Below are positions 1 through 15,239 of a stretch of DNA of 64,000 nucleotides, in pieces. The stretch is from Eledone cirrhosa (Eukaryota). Numbering within the stretch: the stretch's first letter is position 1; every line of letters begins with the position of its first letter. A program made the translations under genes and the position numbers. The DNA is taken from positions 219,666,001 to 219,730,000 of the forward strand of contig OZ024743.1 in the NCBI GenBank assembly GCA_964016885.1, in the 5' to 3' direction. The notes under the pieces are model-generated. The model ran no database searches, had not been told where the DNA came from, and worked only from the letters and a program-made list of their open reading frames with translations.

Positions 1-3000
1 GTATGAACGCCAGATAGAATGTTGTATGAACGCCAGATAGAATGTTGTTAGAACGCCAGATAGAATGTTGTATGGACGCCAGATAGAATGTTGTTAGAAC
101 GCCAGATAGAATGTTGTATGAACGCCATATAAAATGTTGTATGAACGCCAGATAGAATGTTGTATGAACGCCAGATAGAATGTTGTTAGAACACCAGCTA
201 GAATGTTGTATCTACGCCGGATAGAATGTTGTTAGAACGCCAGATAGAATGTTGGTAGAACGCCAGATAGAATGTTGTATGAACGCCAGATAGAATGTTG
301 TTAGAACGCCAGATAGAATGTTGGTAGAACGCCAGATAGAATGTTGTATGAACGCCAGATAGAAGGTTGTTAGAACGCCACATAGAATGTTGTTAGTACG
401 CCAGATAGAATGTTGTATGAACGCCAGATAGAATGTTGTATGAACGCCAGATAGAATGTTGTATGAACGCCAGATAGAATGTTGTATGAACGCCAGATAT
501 AATGTTGTTAGAACACCAGATAGAATGTTGTTAGAACATCAGATTGAACGTTGTTAGAACACCAGAGAGAATGTTGTCAGAACGACAGATAGAATGTTGT
601 TAGAACATCAGATAGAACGTTGTTAGAACACCAGATAGAATGTTGTTATAACGCCAGATAGAATGTTGTGATAACGCCAAATAGAATGTTGTATGAACGC
701 CAAAGAGAATGTTGTTAGAACGCCAGATAGAATGTTGCTAGAACGCTAGATAGAATGTTGTATGAACGCCTGATAGAATGTTGTATGAACGCCAGATAGA
801 ATGTTGTATGAACGCCAGATAGAATGTAGTTAGAACGCCAGATAGAATGTTGTATGAACGCCAGATAGAATGTTGTTAGAACGCCAGATAGAATTTTGTT
901 AGAACACCAGATAGAATGTTATTAGAACGCCAGATAGAACGTTGATAGAACGCCAGATAGAATGTTGCTAGAACGCTAGATAGAATGTAGTATGAACGCC
1001 TGATAGAATGTTGTATGAACGCCAGATAGAATGTTGTATGAACGCTAGATAGAATGTTGTATGAACGCCAGATAGAATGTTGTATGAACGCCATGTAGAA
1101 TGTTGTATGAACGCCAGATATAATGTTGTTAGAACGCCAGATAGAACGTTGTTAGAACGCCAGATAGAATGTTGTATGAACGCTAGATGGAATGTTGTTA
1201 GAACACCAGATAGAATTTTGTATGAACGCCAGATAGAATGATGCTAGAACTCAGGATAGAACGTTGTTAGAACGGCAGATAGAATGTTGATAGAACGCCA
1301 GATAGAATGTTGTATGAACGCCAGATATAATGTTGTTAGAACGCCAGATATAATGTTGTTAAAATGCCAGATAGAATATTGTTATAACGCCAGATAGAAT
1401 GTTGTGATAACGCCAAATAGAATGTTGTATGAACGCCAGATAGAATGTTGTTAGAACGCCAGACAGAATGTTGTATGAACGCTAGATAGAATGTTGTATG
1501 AACGCCAGATAGAATGTTGTATGAACGCCAGATAGAATGTTGTTAGAACACCAGATAGAATGTTGTTAGAACGCCAGATAGAACGTTGTTAGAACGCCAG
1601 ATAGAATGTAAGAACGCCAGATAGAATTTTGTATGAACGCCACATAGAATGTTGTTAGAACTCCGGATAGAATGTTGTTAGAACGCTAGATAGAATGTTG
1701 TATGACCGCCAGATAGAATGTTGTGTGAACGCCAGATAGAATGTTGTATGAACGCCAGATAGAATGTCGTTAGAACGCCACATAGAATGTTGTTAGAACG
1801 CCAGAAAAAATGTTGTAGGAACACCAGATAGAATGTTGTCAGAACGCCAGATATAACGTTGTTAGAACGCCAGATAGAATGTTGTATGAACGCCAGATAG
1901 AATGTTGTTAGAACGCCAGATAGAATGTTGTATGAACGCCAGATAGAATGTTGTTAGAACGCCAGATAAAATGTTGTTAGAACGCCAGATAGAATGTTGT
2001 ATGGACGCAAGATTGCATCTTGTTAGAACGCCGAATATAATGTTGTTAACCGCCAGATAGAATGTTGTTATAACGCCAGATAGCATGTTGTGTGAACGCC
2101 AGATAGAATGTTGTATGAACGCCAGATAGAATGTTGTATGAACGCCAGATAGAATGTTGTTAGAACACCAGATAGAATACTGTTAGAACGCCAGATAGAA
2201 TGTTGTTTGAACGCCAGATAGAATGTTGTTAGAACGGCAGATAGAATGCTGTTAGAACGCCATATAGAATGTTGTATGAACGCCAGATAGAATGTTGTAT
2301 GAACGCCAGATAGAATGTTGTTAGAACACCAGATAGAATGTTGTATCTACGCCGGATAGAATGTTGTTAGAACGCCGAATAGAATGTTGTTAGAACGCCA
2401 GATAGAATACTGTTAGAACGCCAGATAAAATGTTGTATGAACGCCAGATAAAATGTTGTATGAACGCCAGATAGAATGTTGTTAGAACGCCACATAGAAT
2501 GTTGTTAGTACGCGAGATAGAATGTTGTATGAACACCAGATAGAATGTTGTATGAACGCCAGATAGAATGTTGTATGAACGACAGATAGAAGGTTGTTAC
2601 AACGCCAGATAGAATGTTGTATGAACGCCATATAGAATGTTGTTAGAACGCCAGATAGAATGTCGTAAGAACGCCAAATAGAATGTCGTTAGAATGCCGG
2701 ATAGAAGTTTGTTAGAACGCCAGATAGAATGTTGTTAGAACGCAAGATAGAATGTTGTATGGACGCCAGATTGAATCTTGTTAGAACGCCACATAGAATG
2801 TTGTTAGAACGCCAGATAGTATGTCGTTAGAATGCCGGATAGAAGTTTGTTAGAACGCCAGATAGAATGTTGTATGGACGCCAGATAAAATGTTGTTAGA
2901 ACTCCGGATAGAGCGTTGTTAGAACGCCAGATAGAATGTTGTATGAACGCCAGATAGAATGTTGTTAAAATGCCAGATAGAATGTTGTTATACCACCAGA

Positions 3001-6000
3001 TAGAATGTTGTGATAACGCCAAATAGAATGTTGTATGAACGCCAGATAGAATGTTGTTAGAACGCCAGATAGAATGTTGTATGAACGCTAGATAGAATGT
3101 TGTATGAACGCCAGATAGAATGTTGTATGAACGCCAGATAGAATGTTGTATGAACGCCAGATAGAACGTTGTTAGAACGCCAGATAGAATGTCGTATGAA
3201 CGCTAGATAGAATGTTGTATGAACGCCAGATAGAATGTTGTATGAACGCCAGATAGAATGTTGTTAGAACGCCAGATAGAATGTTGTATGGACGCCAGAT
3301 AGAATGTTGTTAGAACGCCAGATAGAATGTTGTATGAACGCCATATAAAATGTTGTATGAACGCCAGATAGAATGTTGTATGAACGCCAGATAGAATGTT
3401 GTTAGAACACCAGATAGAATGTTGTATCTACGCCGGATAGAATGTTGTTAGAACGCCAGATAGAATGTTGGTAGAACGCCAGATAGAATGTTGTATGAAC
3501 GCCAGATAGAATGTTGTTAGAACGCCAGATAGAATGTTGGTAGAACGCCAGATAGAATGTTGTATGAACGCCAGATAGAAGGTTGTTAGAACGCCACATA
3601 GAATGTTGTTAGTACGCCAGATAGAATGTTGTATGAACGCCAGATAGAATGTTGTATGAACGCCAGATAGAATGTTGTATGAACGCCAGATAGAATGTTG
3701 TATGAACGCCAGATATAATGTTGTTAGAACACCAGATAGAATGTTGTTAGAACATCAGATTGAACGTTGTTAGAACACCAGAGAGAATGTTGTCAGAACG
3801 ACAGATAGAATGTTGTTAGAACATCAGATAGAACGTTGTTAGAACACCAGATAGAATGTTGTTATAACGCCAGATAGAATGTTGTGATAACGCCAAATAG
3901 AATGTTGTATGAACGCCAAAGAGAATGTTGTTAGAACGCCAGATAGAATGTTGCTAGAACGCTAGATAGAATGTTGTATGAACGCCTGATAGAATGTTGT
4001 ATGAACGCCAGATAGAATGTTGTATGAACGCCAGATAGAATGTAGTTAGAACGCCAGATAGAATGTTGTATGAACGCCAGATAGAATGTTGTTAGAACGC
4101 CAGATAGAATTTTGTTAGAACACCAGATAGAATGTTATTAGAACGCCAGATAGAACGTTGATAGAACGCCAGATAGAATGTTGCTAGAACGCTAGATAGA
4201 ATGTAGTATGAACGCCTGATAGAATGTTGTATGAACGCCAGATAGAATGTTGTATGAACGCTAGATAGAATGTTGTATGAACGCCAGATAGAATGTTGTA
4301 TGAACGCCATGTAGAATGTTGTATGAACGCCAGATATAATGTTGTTAGAACGCCAGATAGAACGTTGTTAGAACGCCAGATAGAATGTTGTATGAACGCT
4401 AGATGGAATGTTGTTAGAACACCAGATAGAATTTTGTATGAACGCCAGATAGAATGATGTTAGAACTCAGGATAGAACGTTGTTAGAACGGCAGATAGAA
4501 TGTTGATAGAACGCCAGATAGAATGTTGTATGAACGCCAGATATAATGTTGTTAGAACGCCAGATATAATGTTGTTAAAATGCCAGATAGAATATTGTTA
4601 TAACGCCAGATAGAATGTTGTGATAACGCCAAATAGAATGTTGTATGAACGCCAGATAGAATGTTGTTAGAACGCCAGACAGAATGTTGTATGAACGCTA
4701 GATAGAATGTTGTATGAACGCCAGATAGAATGTTGTATGAACGCCAGATAGAATGTTGTTAGAACACCAGATAGAATGTTGTTAGAACGCCAGATAGAAC
4801 GTTGTTAGAACGCCAGATAGAATGTAAGAACGCCAGATAGAATTTTGTATGAACGCCACATAGAATGTTGTTAGAACTCCGGATAGAATGTTGTTAGAAC
4901 GCTAGATAGAATGTTGTATGACCGCCAGATAGAATGTTGTGTGAACGCCAGATAGAATGTTGTATGAACGCCAGATAGAATGTCGTTAGAACGCCACATA
5001 GAATGTTGTTAGAACGCCAGAAAAAATGTTGTAGGAACACCAGATAGAATGTTGTCAGAACGCCAGATATAACGTTGTTAGAACGCCAGATAGAATGTTG
5101 TATGAACGCCAGATAGAATGTTGTTAGAACGCCAGATAGAATGTTGTATGAACGCCAGATAGAATGTTGTTAGAACGCCAGATAAAATGTTGTTAGAACG
5201 CCAGATAGAATGTTGTATGGACGCAAGATTGCATCTTGTTAGAACGCCGAATATAATGTTGTTAACCGCCAGATAGAATGTTGTTATAACGCCAGATAGC
5301 ATGTTGTGTGAACGCCAGATAGAATGTTGTATGAACGCCAGATAGAATGTTGTATGAACGCCAGATAGAATGTTGTTAGAACACCAGATAGAATACTGTT
5401 AGAACGCCAGATAGAATGTTGTTTGAACGCCAGATAGAATGTTGTTAGAACGGCAGATAGTATGCTGTTAGAACGCCAGATAAAACGTTGTATGAACGCC
5501 AGACAGAATGTTGTATGAACGCCAGATAGAATGTTGTTAGAACGGCAGATAGAATGCTGTTAGAACGCCATATAGAATGTTGTATGAACGCCAGATAGAA
5601 TGTTGTATGAACGCCAGATAGAATGTTGTTAGAACACCAGATAGAATGTTGTATCTACGCCGGATAGAATGTTGTTAGAACGCCGAATAGAATGTTGTTA
5701 GAACGCCAGATAGAATACTGTTAGAACGCCAGATAAAATGTTGTATGAACGCCAGATAAAATGTTGTATGAACGCCAGATAGAATGTTGTTAGAACGCCA
5801 CATAGAATGTTGTTAGTACGCCAGATAGAATGTTGTATGAACACCAGATAGAATGTTGTATGAACGCCAGATAGAATGTTGTATGAACGACAGATAGAAG
5901 GTTGTTACAACGCCAGATAGAATGTTGTATGAACGCCATATAGAATGTTGTTAGAACGCCAGATAGAATGTCGTAAGAACGCCAGATAGAATGTCGTTAG

Positions 6001-6440
6001 AATGCCGGATAGAAGTTTGTTAGAACGCCAGATAGAATGTTGTTAGAACGCAAGATAGAATGTTGTATGGACGCCAGATTGAATCTTGTTAGAACGCCAG
6101 ATAGAATGTTGTTAGAACGCCAGATAGTATGTCGTTAGAATGCCGGATAGAAGTTTGTTAGAACGCCAGATAGAATGTTGTATGGACGCCAGATAAAATG
6201 TTGTTAGAACTCCGGATAGAGCGTTGTTAGAACGCCAGATAGAATGTTGTATGAACGCTAGATAGAATGTTGTATGAACGCCAGATAGAATGTTGTATGA
6301 ACGCCAGATAGAATGTTGTATGAACGCCAGATAGAACGTTGTTAGAACGCCAGATAGAATGTCGTATGAACGCTAGATAGAATGTTGTATGAACGCCAGA
6401 TAGAATGTTGTATGAACGCCAGATAGAATGTTGTTAGAAC
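1..6440. repeat. HOR domain A1: tandem duplication with 3216-bp period (140 monomers minus 4 bp)
   Basis: Identical pseudo-ORFs are offset by 3216 (876/4092, 1862/5078). Each copy has a 20-bp monomer (1592, 4808) and a 22-bp monomer (~2045, ~5261). Copy 2 has 4 extra monomers near 5450-5540 and lacks ~6 monomers corresponding to ~2950-3085. Confidence 0.9.
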
Positions 6441-9400
6441 ACCAGATAGAATGTTGTTAGAACGCCAGATAGAACGTTGTTAGAACGCCAGATAGAATGT
6501 TGTAAGAACGCCAGATAGAATTTTGTATGAACGCCACATAGAATGTTGTTAGAACTCCGGATAGAACGTTGTTAGAATGTCAGATAGAATGTTGTTAGAA
6601 CGCTAGGTAGAATGTTGTATGAACGCCAGATAGAATGTTGTTAGAACTCAGGATAGAACGTTGTTAGAACGGCAGATAGAATGTTGTTAGAACGACAGAT
6701 AGAATGTTGTATGAACGTCATATAGAATGTTGTATGAACGCCAGATAGAATGTTATTAGTACGCCAGATAGAATGTTGTATGAACGCCAGATAGAATGTT
6801 GTTAGAACAGCAGATAGAATGTTGTTAGAACACCGGATAGAATGTTGTTAGAACGCCGAATAGAATGTTGTTAGAACGACAGATAGAATATTGTATCAAC
6901 GCCGGATAGAATGTTGTTAGAACGCCGAATAGAATGTTGTTAGAACGCCAGATAGAATACTGTTAGAACGCCAGATAAAATGTTGTATGAACGCCAGATA
7001 AAATGTTGTATGAACGACAGATAGAATGTTGTATGAACGCCAGATAGAATGTTGTTAGAACGCCAGATAGAATGTTGTATGAACGCCAGATAGAATGTTG
7101 TATGAACGCCAGATATAATGTTGTTACAACGCCAGATAGAATGTTGTATGAACGCCAGATAGAATGTTGTTAGAACACCAGAGAGAATGTTGTTAGAACG
7201 CCAGATAGAACGTTGTTAGAACACCAGATAGAATGTTGTTAGAACGCCAGATAGAATGTCGTTAGCACGCCAGATAGAATGTCGTTAGAATGCCGGATAG
7301 AAGTTTGTTAGAACTCCAGATAGAATGTTGTATGGACGCCACATAAAATGTTGTTAGAACTCCGGATAGAGCGTTGTTAGAACGCCAGATAGAATGTTGT
7401 TAGAACGCCTGATAGAATGTTGTATGAACGCCACATAAAATGTTGTTAGAACGCCAGATAGAATGTTGTATGGACGCCAGATTGAATCTTGTATGAACGC
7501 CAGATAGAATGTTGTTAAAACGCCAGCTAGAATGTTGTTATAACGCCAGATAGAATGTTGTTAGAACACCAGAGAGAATGTTGTCAGAACGCCAGATAGA
7601 ATGTTGTTAGAACGCCTGATAGAATGTTGTATGAACGCCAGATAGAATGTTGTTAGAACGCCACATAGAATGTTGTTAGAACGCCAGTTAGAATGTTGTA
7701 TGAACACCAGATTGAATCTTGTATGAACGCCAGATAGAATGTTGTTAAAACGCCAGCTAGAATGTTGTTATAACGCCAGATAGAATGTTGTGTGAACGCC
7801 AGATAGAATGTTGTGTGAACGCCAGATAGAATGTTGTATGAACGCCAGATAGAATGTCGTTAGAACGCCACATAGAATGTTGTTAGAACGCCAGATAGAA
7901 TGTTGTATGAACGCCAGATAGAATTTCGTTAGAACGCCACATAGAATGTTGTTAGAACGCCAGATAGAATGTTGTATGAACACCAGATAGAATGTTGTAT
8001 GAACGCCAGATATAATTTCGTTAGAACGCCACATAGAATGTAGATAGAACGCCAGATAGAATGTTGTATGAACGCCAGAGAGAATGTTGTTAGAAAGCCG
8101 GATAGAATGTTGTTAGAAAGCCGGATAGAATGTTGTATGAACGCCAGATAGAATACTGTTAGAACGCCAGATAGAATGTTGTTAGAACGCAAGATAGAAT
8201 GTTGTTAGAACGCCAGATAGAATGTTGTATGGACGCCAGATAGAATGTTGTTAGAACGGCAGATAGAATGCTGTCAGAACGCCAGATAGAATGTTGTACT
8301 AACGCCAGATAGAATGTTGTATGAACGCCATATAGAATGTTGTATGAACGCCATATAGAATGTTGTATGAACGACAGATAGAATGTTGTTAGAACACCAG
8401 ATAGAATGTTATTAGAACGCCAGATAGAATGTTGTTAGAACACCAGATAGAATGTTATTAGAACGCCAGATAGAATGTTGTATGAACGCCAGATATAATG
8501 TTGTTAGAACGCCAGATATAATGTTGTTAAAATGCCAGATAGAATATTGTTATAACGCCAGATAGAATGTTGTGATAACGCCAAATAGAATGTTGTATGA
8601 ACGCCAGATAGAATGTTGTTAGAACGCCAGACAGAATGTTGTATGAACGCTAGATAGAATGTTGTATGAACGCCAGATAGAATGTTGTATGAACGCCAGA
8701 TAGAATGTTGTTAGAACACCAGATAGAATGTTGTTAGAACGCCAGATAGAACGTTGTTAGAACGCCAGATAGAATGTAAGAACGCCAGATAGAATTTTGT
8801 ATGAACGCCACATAGAATGTTGTTAGAACTCCGGATAGAATGTTGTTAGAACGCTAGATAGAATGTTGTATGACCGCCAGATAGAATGTTGTGTGAACGC
8901 CAGATAGAATGTTGTATGAACGCCAGATAGAATGTCGTTAGAACGCCACATAGAATGTTGTTAGAACGCCAGAAAAAATGTTGTAGGAACACCAGATAGA
9001 ATGTTGTCAGAACGCCAGATATAACGTTGTTAGAACGCCAGATAGAATGTTGTATGAACGCCAGATAGAATGTTGTTAGAACGCCAGATAGAATGTTGTA
9101 TGAACGCCAGATAGAATGTTGTTAGAACGCCAGATAAAATGTTGTTAGAACGCCAGATAGAATGTTGTATGGACGCAAGATTGCATCTTGTTAGAACGCC
9201 GAATATAATGTTGTTAACCGCCAGATAGAATGTTGTTATAACGCCAGATAGCATGTTGTGTGAACGCCAGATAGAATGTTGTATGAACGCCAGATAGAAT
9301 GTTGTATGAACGCCAGATAGAATGTTGTTAGAACACCAGATAGAATACTGTTAGAACGCCAGATAGAATGTTGTTTGAACGCCAGATAGAATGTTGTTAG

Positions 9401-12400
9401 AACGGCAGATAGTATGCTGTTAGAACGCCAGATAAAACGTTGTATGAACGCCAGACAGAATGTTGTATGAACGCCAGATAGAATGTTGTTAGAACGGCAG
9501 ATAGAATGCTGTTAGAACGCCATATAGAATGTTGTATGAACGCCAGATAGAATGTTGTATGAACGCCAGATAGAATGTTGTTAGAACACCAGATAGAATG
9601 TTGTATCTACGCCGGATAGAATGTTGTTAGAACGCCGAATAGAATGTTGTTAGAACGCCAGATAGAATACTGTTAGAACGCCAGATAAAATGTTGTATGA
9701 ACGCCAGATAAAATGTTGTATGAACGCCAGATAGAATGTTGTTAGAACGCCACATAGAATGTTGTTAGTACGCCAGATAGAATGTTGTATGAACACCAGA
9801 TAGAATGTTGTATGAACGCCAGATAGAATGTTGTATGAACGACAGATAGAAGGTTGTTACAACGCCAGATAGAATGTTGTATGAACGCCATATAGAATGT
9901 TGTTAGAACGCCAGATAGAATGTCGTAAGAACGCCAGATAGAATGTCGTTAGAATGCCGGATAGAAGTTTGTTAGAACGCCAGATAGAATGTTGTTAGAA
10001 CGCAAGATAGAATGTTGTATGGACGCCAGATTGAATCTTGTTAGAACGCCAGATAGAATGTTGTTAGAACGCCAGATAGTATGTCGTTAGAATGCCGGAT
10101 AGAAGTTTGTTAGAACGCCAGATAGAATGTTGTATGGACGCCAGATAAAATGTTGTTAGAACTCCGGATAGAGCGTTGTTAGAACGCCAGATAGAATGTT
10201 GTATGAACGCTAGATAGAATGTTGTATGAACGCCAGATAGAATGTTGTATGAACGCCAGATAGAATGTTGTATGAACGCCAGATAGAACGTTGTTAGAAC
10301 GCCAGATAGAATGTCGTATGAACGCTAGATAGAATGTTGTATGAACGCCAGATAGAATGTTGTATGAACGCCAGATAGAATGTTGTTAGAACACCAGATA
10401 GAATGTTGTTAGAACGCCAGATAGAACGTTGTTAGAACGCCAGATAGAATGTTGTAAGAACGCCAGATAGAATTTTGTATGAACGCCACATAGAATGTTG
10501 TTAGAACTCCGGATAGAACGTTGTTAGAATGTCAGATAGAATGTTGTTAGAACGCTAGGTAGAATGTTGTATGAACGCCAGATAGAATGTTGTTAGAACT
10601 CAGGATAGAACGTTGTTAGAACGGCAGATAGAATGTTGTTAGAACGACAGATAGAATGTTGTATGAACGTCATATAGAATGTTGTATGAACGCCAGATAG
10701 AATGTTATTAGTACGCCAGATAGAATGTTGTATGAACGCCAGATAGAATGTTGTTAGAACAGCAGATAGAATGTTGTTAGAACACCGGATAGAATGTTGT
10801 TAGAACGCCGAATAGAATGTTGTTAGAACGACAGATAGAATATTGTATCAACGCCGGATAGAATGTTGTTAGAACGCCGAATAGAATGTTGTTAGAACGC
10901 CAGATAGAATACTGTTAGAACGCCAGATAAAATGTTGTATGAACGCCAGATAAAATGTTGTATGAACGACAGATAGAATGTTGTATGAACGCCAGATAGA
11001 ATGTTGTTAGAACGCCAGATAGAATGTTGTATGAACGCCAGATAGAATGTTGTATGAACGCCAGATATAATGTTGTGACAACGCCAGATAGAATGTTGTA
11101 TGAACGCCAGATAGAATGTTGTTAGAACACCAGAGAGAATGTTGTTAGAACGCCAGATAGAACGTTGTTAGAACACCAGATAGAATGTTGTTAGAACGCC
11201 AGATAGAATGTCGTTAGCACGCCAGATAGAATGTCGTTAGAATGCCGGATAGAAGTTTGTTAGAACTCCAGATAGAATGTTGTATGGACGCCACATAAAA
11301 TGTTGTTAGAACTCCGGATAGAGCGTTGTTAGAACGCCAGATAGAATGTTGTTAGAACGCCTGATAGAATGTTGTATGAACGCCACATAAAATGTTGTTA
11401 GAACGCCAGATAGAATGTTGTATGGACGCCAGATTGAATCTTGTATGAACGCCAGATAGAATGTTGTTAAAACGCCAGCTAGAATGTTGTTATAACGCCA
11501 GATAGAATGTTGTTAGAACACCAGAGAGAATGTTGTCAGAACGCCAGATAGAATGTTGTTAGAACGCCTGATAGAATGTTGTATGAACGCCAGATAGAAT
11601 GTTGTTAGAACGCCACATAGAATGTTGTTAGAACGCCAGTTAGAATGTTGTATGAACACCAGATTGAATCTTGTATGAACGCCAGATAGAATGTTGTTAA
11701 AACGCCAGCTAGAATGTTGTTATAACGCCAGATAGAATGTTGTGTGAACGCCAGATAGAATGTTGTGTGAACGCCAGATAGAATGTTGTATGAACGCCAG
11801 ATAGAATGTCGTTAGAACGCCACATAGAATGTTGTTAGAACGCCAGATAGAATGTTGTATGAACGCCAGATAGAATTTCGTTAGAACGCCACATAGAATG
11901 TTGTTAGAACGCCAGATAGAATGTTGTATGAACACCAGATAGAATGTTGTATGAACGCCAGATATAATTTCGTTAGAACGCCACATAGAATGTAGATAGA
12001 ACGCCAGATAGAATGTTGTATGAACGCCAGAGAGAATGTTGTTAGAAAGCCGGATAGAATGTTGTTAGAAAGCCGGATAGAATGTTGTATGAACGCCAGA
12101 TAGAATACTGTTAGAACGCCAGATAGAATGTTGTTAGAACGCAAGATAGAATGTTGTTAGAACGCCAGATAGAATGTTGTATGGACGCCAGATAGAATGT
12201 TGTTAGAACGGCAGATAGAATGCTGTCAGAACGCCAGATAGAATGTTGTACTAACGCCAGATAGAATGTTGTATGAACGCCATATAGAATGTTGTATGAA
12301 CGCCATATAGAATGTTGTATGAACGACAGATAGAATGTTGTTAGAACACCAGATGGAATGTTATTAGAACGCCAGATAGAATGTTGTTAGAACACCAGAT

Positions 12401-12432
12401 AGAATGTTATTAGAACGCCAGATAGAATGTTG
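4509..12432. repeat. HOR domain A2: near-identical tandem duplication with 3952-bp period (172 monomers minus 4 bp)
   Basis: Pseudo-ORF offsets 5078/9030, 7768/11720 and 7929/11881 all equal 3952. Sequence at 4509 matches 8461. Only a few differences were noticed (ttacaac ~7124 vs tgacaac ~11076; atagaat ~8401 vs atggaat ~12353). Confidence 0.92.
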
Positions 12433-12649
12433 TTAGAACGCTAGATAGAATGTTGTATGAACGCCAGATAGAATGTTGTTAGAACTCAGGATAGAACGTT
12501 GTTAGAACGGCAGATAGAATGTTGTTAGAACGACAGATAGAATGTTGTGTGAACGCCGGATAGAATGTTATTAGAACGCCGAATAGAATGTTGTATGGAC
12601 GTCATATAGAAAGTTGTATGAACGCCAGATAGAATGTTGTTAGAACGCC

Positions 12650-14020
12650 AGATAGAATGTTGTATGAACGCCAGATAGAATGTTGTATGAACGCCAGATA
12701 GAATGTTGTTAGAACGCCAGATAGAATGTTGTATGGACGCCAGATAGAATGTTGTTAGAACGCCAGATAGAATGTTGTATGAACGCCATATAGAATGTTG
12801 TATGAACGCCAGATAGAATGTTGTATGAACGCCAGATAGAATGTTGTTAGAACACCAGATAGAATGTTGTATCTACGCCGGATAGAATGTTGTTAGAACG
12901 CCAGATAGAATGTTGGTAGAACGCCAGATAGAATGTTGTATGAACGCCAGATAGAATGTTGTTAGAACGCCAGATAGAATGTTGGTAGAACGCCAGATAG
13001 AATGTTGTATGAACGCCAGATAGAAGGTTGTTAGAACGCCACATAGAATGTTGTTAGTACGCCAGATAGAATGTTGTATGAACGCCAGATAGAATGTTGT
13101 ATGAACGCCAGATAGAATGTTGTATGAACGCCAGATAGAATGTTGTATGAACGCCAGATATAATGTTGTTAGAACACCAGATAGAATGTTGTTAGAACAT
13201 CAGATAGAACGTTGTTAGAACACCAGAGAGAATGTTGTCAGAACGACAGATAGAATGTTGTTAGAACATCAGATAGAACGTTGTTAGAACACCAGATAGA
13301 ATGTTGTTATAACGCCAGATAGAATGTTGTGATAACGCCAAATAGAATGTTGTATGAACGCCAAAGAGAATGTTGTTAGAACGCCAGATAGAATGTTGCT
13401 AGAACGCTAGATAGAATGTTGTATGAACGCCTGATAGAATGTTGTATGAACGCCAGATAGAATGTTGTATGAACGCCAGATAGAATGTAGTTAGAACGCC
13501 AGATAGAATGTTGTATGAACGCCAGATAGAATGTTGTTAAAACGCCAGATAGAATTTTGTTAGAACACCAGATAGAATGTTATTAGAACGCCAGATAGAA
13601 CGTTGATAGAACGCCAGATAGAATGTTGCTAGAACGCTAGATAGAATGTAGTATGAACGCCTGATAGAATGTTGTATGAACGCCAGATAGAATGTTGTAT
13701 GAACGCTAGATAGAATGTTGTATGAACGCCAGATAGAATGTTGTATGAACGCCATGTAGAATGTTGTATGAACGCCAGATATAATGTTGTTAGAACGCCA
13801 GATAGAACGTTGTTAGAACGCCAGATAGAATGTTGTATGAACGCTAGATGGAATGTTGTTAGAACACCAGATAGAATTTTGTATGAACGCCAGATAGAAT
13901 GATGTTAGAACTCAGGATAGAACGTTGTTAGAACGGCAGATAGAATGTTGATAGAACGCCAGATAGAATGTTGTATGAACGCCAGATATAATGTTGTTAG
14001 AACGCCAGATATAATGTTGT
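12650..14020. repeat. Third copy of the ~1.37-kb block at 1-1370 and 3217-4580
   Basis: Pseudo-ORFs 3402/12847 and 4092/13537 are offset by 9445 bp. Shared markers include gtatctacgccgg, ttggtag, gaacatcag and gccatgtag. Confidence 0.88.
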
Positions 14021-15239
14021 TAGAACTCAGGATAAAACGTTGTTAGAACGGCAGATAGAATGTTGTTAGAACGACAGATAGAATGTTGTGTGAACGCCGG
14101 ATAGAATGTTATTAGAACGCCGAATAGAATGTTGTTAGAACGCCAGATAGAATGTTGTATGAACGTCATATAGAATGTTGTATGAACGCCAGATAGAATG
14201 TTGTTAGAACGCCAGATAGAATGTTGTTAGAACGCCAGATAGAATGTTATTAGTACGCCAGATAGAATGTTGTATGAACGCCAGATAGAATGTTGTTAGA
14301 ACACCAGATAGAATGTTGTTAGAACACCGGATAAAATGTTGTATGAACGCCAGATAAAATGTTGTATGAACGCCAGATAGAATGTTGTTAGAACGCCACA
14401 TAGAATGTTGTTAGAACGCCAGATAGAATGTTGTATGACTGCCAGATAGAATGTTGTATGAACGCCAGATAGAATGTTGTATGAACGCCAGATAGAACGT
14501 TGTTACAACGCAAGATAGAATGTTGTATGAACGCCAGATAGAATGTTGTTAGAACACCAGATAGAATGTTGTTAGAACGCCAGATAGAACGTTGTTAGAA
14601 CACCAGATAGAATGTTGTTAGAACGCCAGATAGAATGTCGTTAGCACGCCAGATAGAATGTCGTTAGAATGCCGGATAGAAGTTTGTTAGAACGCCAGAT
14701 AAAATGCTGTATGAACGCCACATGAAATGTTGTTAGAACTCCGGATAGAGCGTTGTTAGAACGCCAGATAGAATGTTGTTAGAACGCCAGATAGAATGTT
14801 GTATGAACGCCAGATAGAATGTTGTTAGAACGCCAGATAAAATGTTGTTAGAACGCCCGATAGAATTTTGTATGGACGCCAGATTGAATCTTGTATAAAC
14901 GCCAGATAGAATGTTGTTAAAAGGCCACATAGAATGTTGTTATAACGCCAGATAGAATGTTGTGTGAACGCCAGATAGAATGTCGTTAGAACGCCACATA
15001 GAATGTTGTTAAAACGCTAGATAGAATGTTGCTAGAACGCCAGATAGAATGTTGTATGAACGTCAGAGAGAATGTTGTTAGAAAGCCGGATAGAATGTTG
15101 TTAGAAAGCCGGTTAGAATGTTGTATGAACGCCAGATAGAATGTTGTTAGAACGCCAGATAGAATGTTGTTAGAACGCTAGATAGAATGTTGTTAGAACG
15201 CCGAATAGAATGTTGTTAGAACGGCAGATAGAATGCTGT

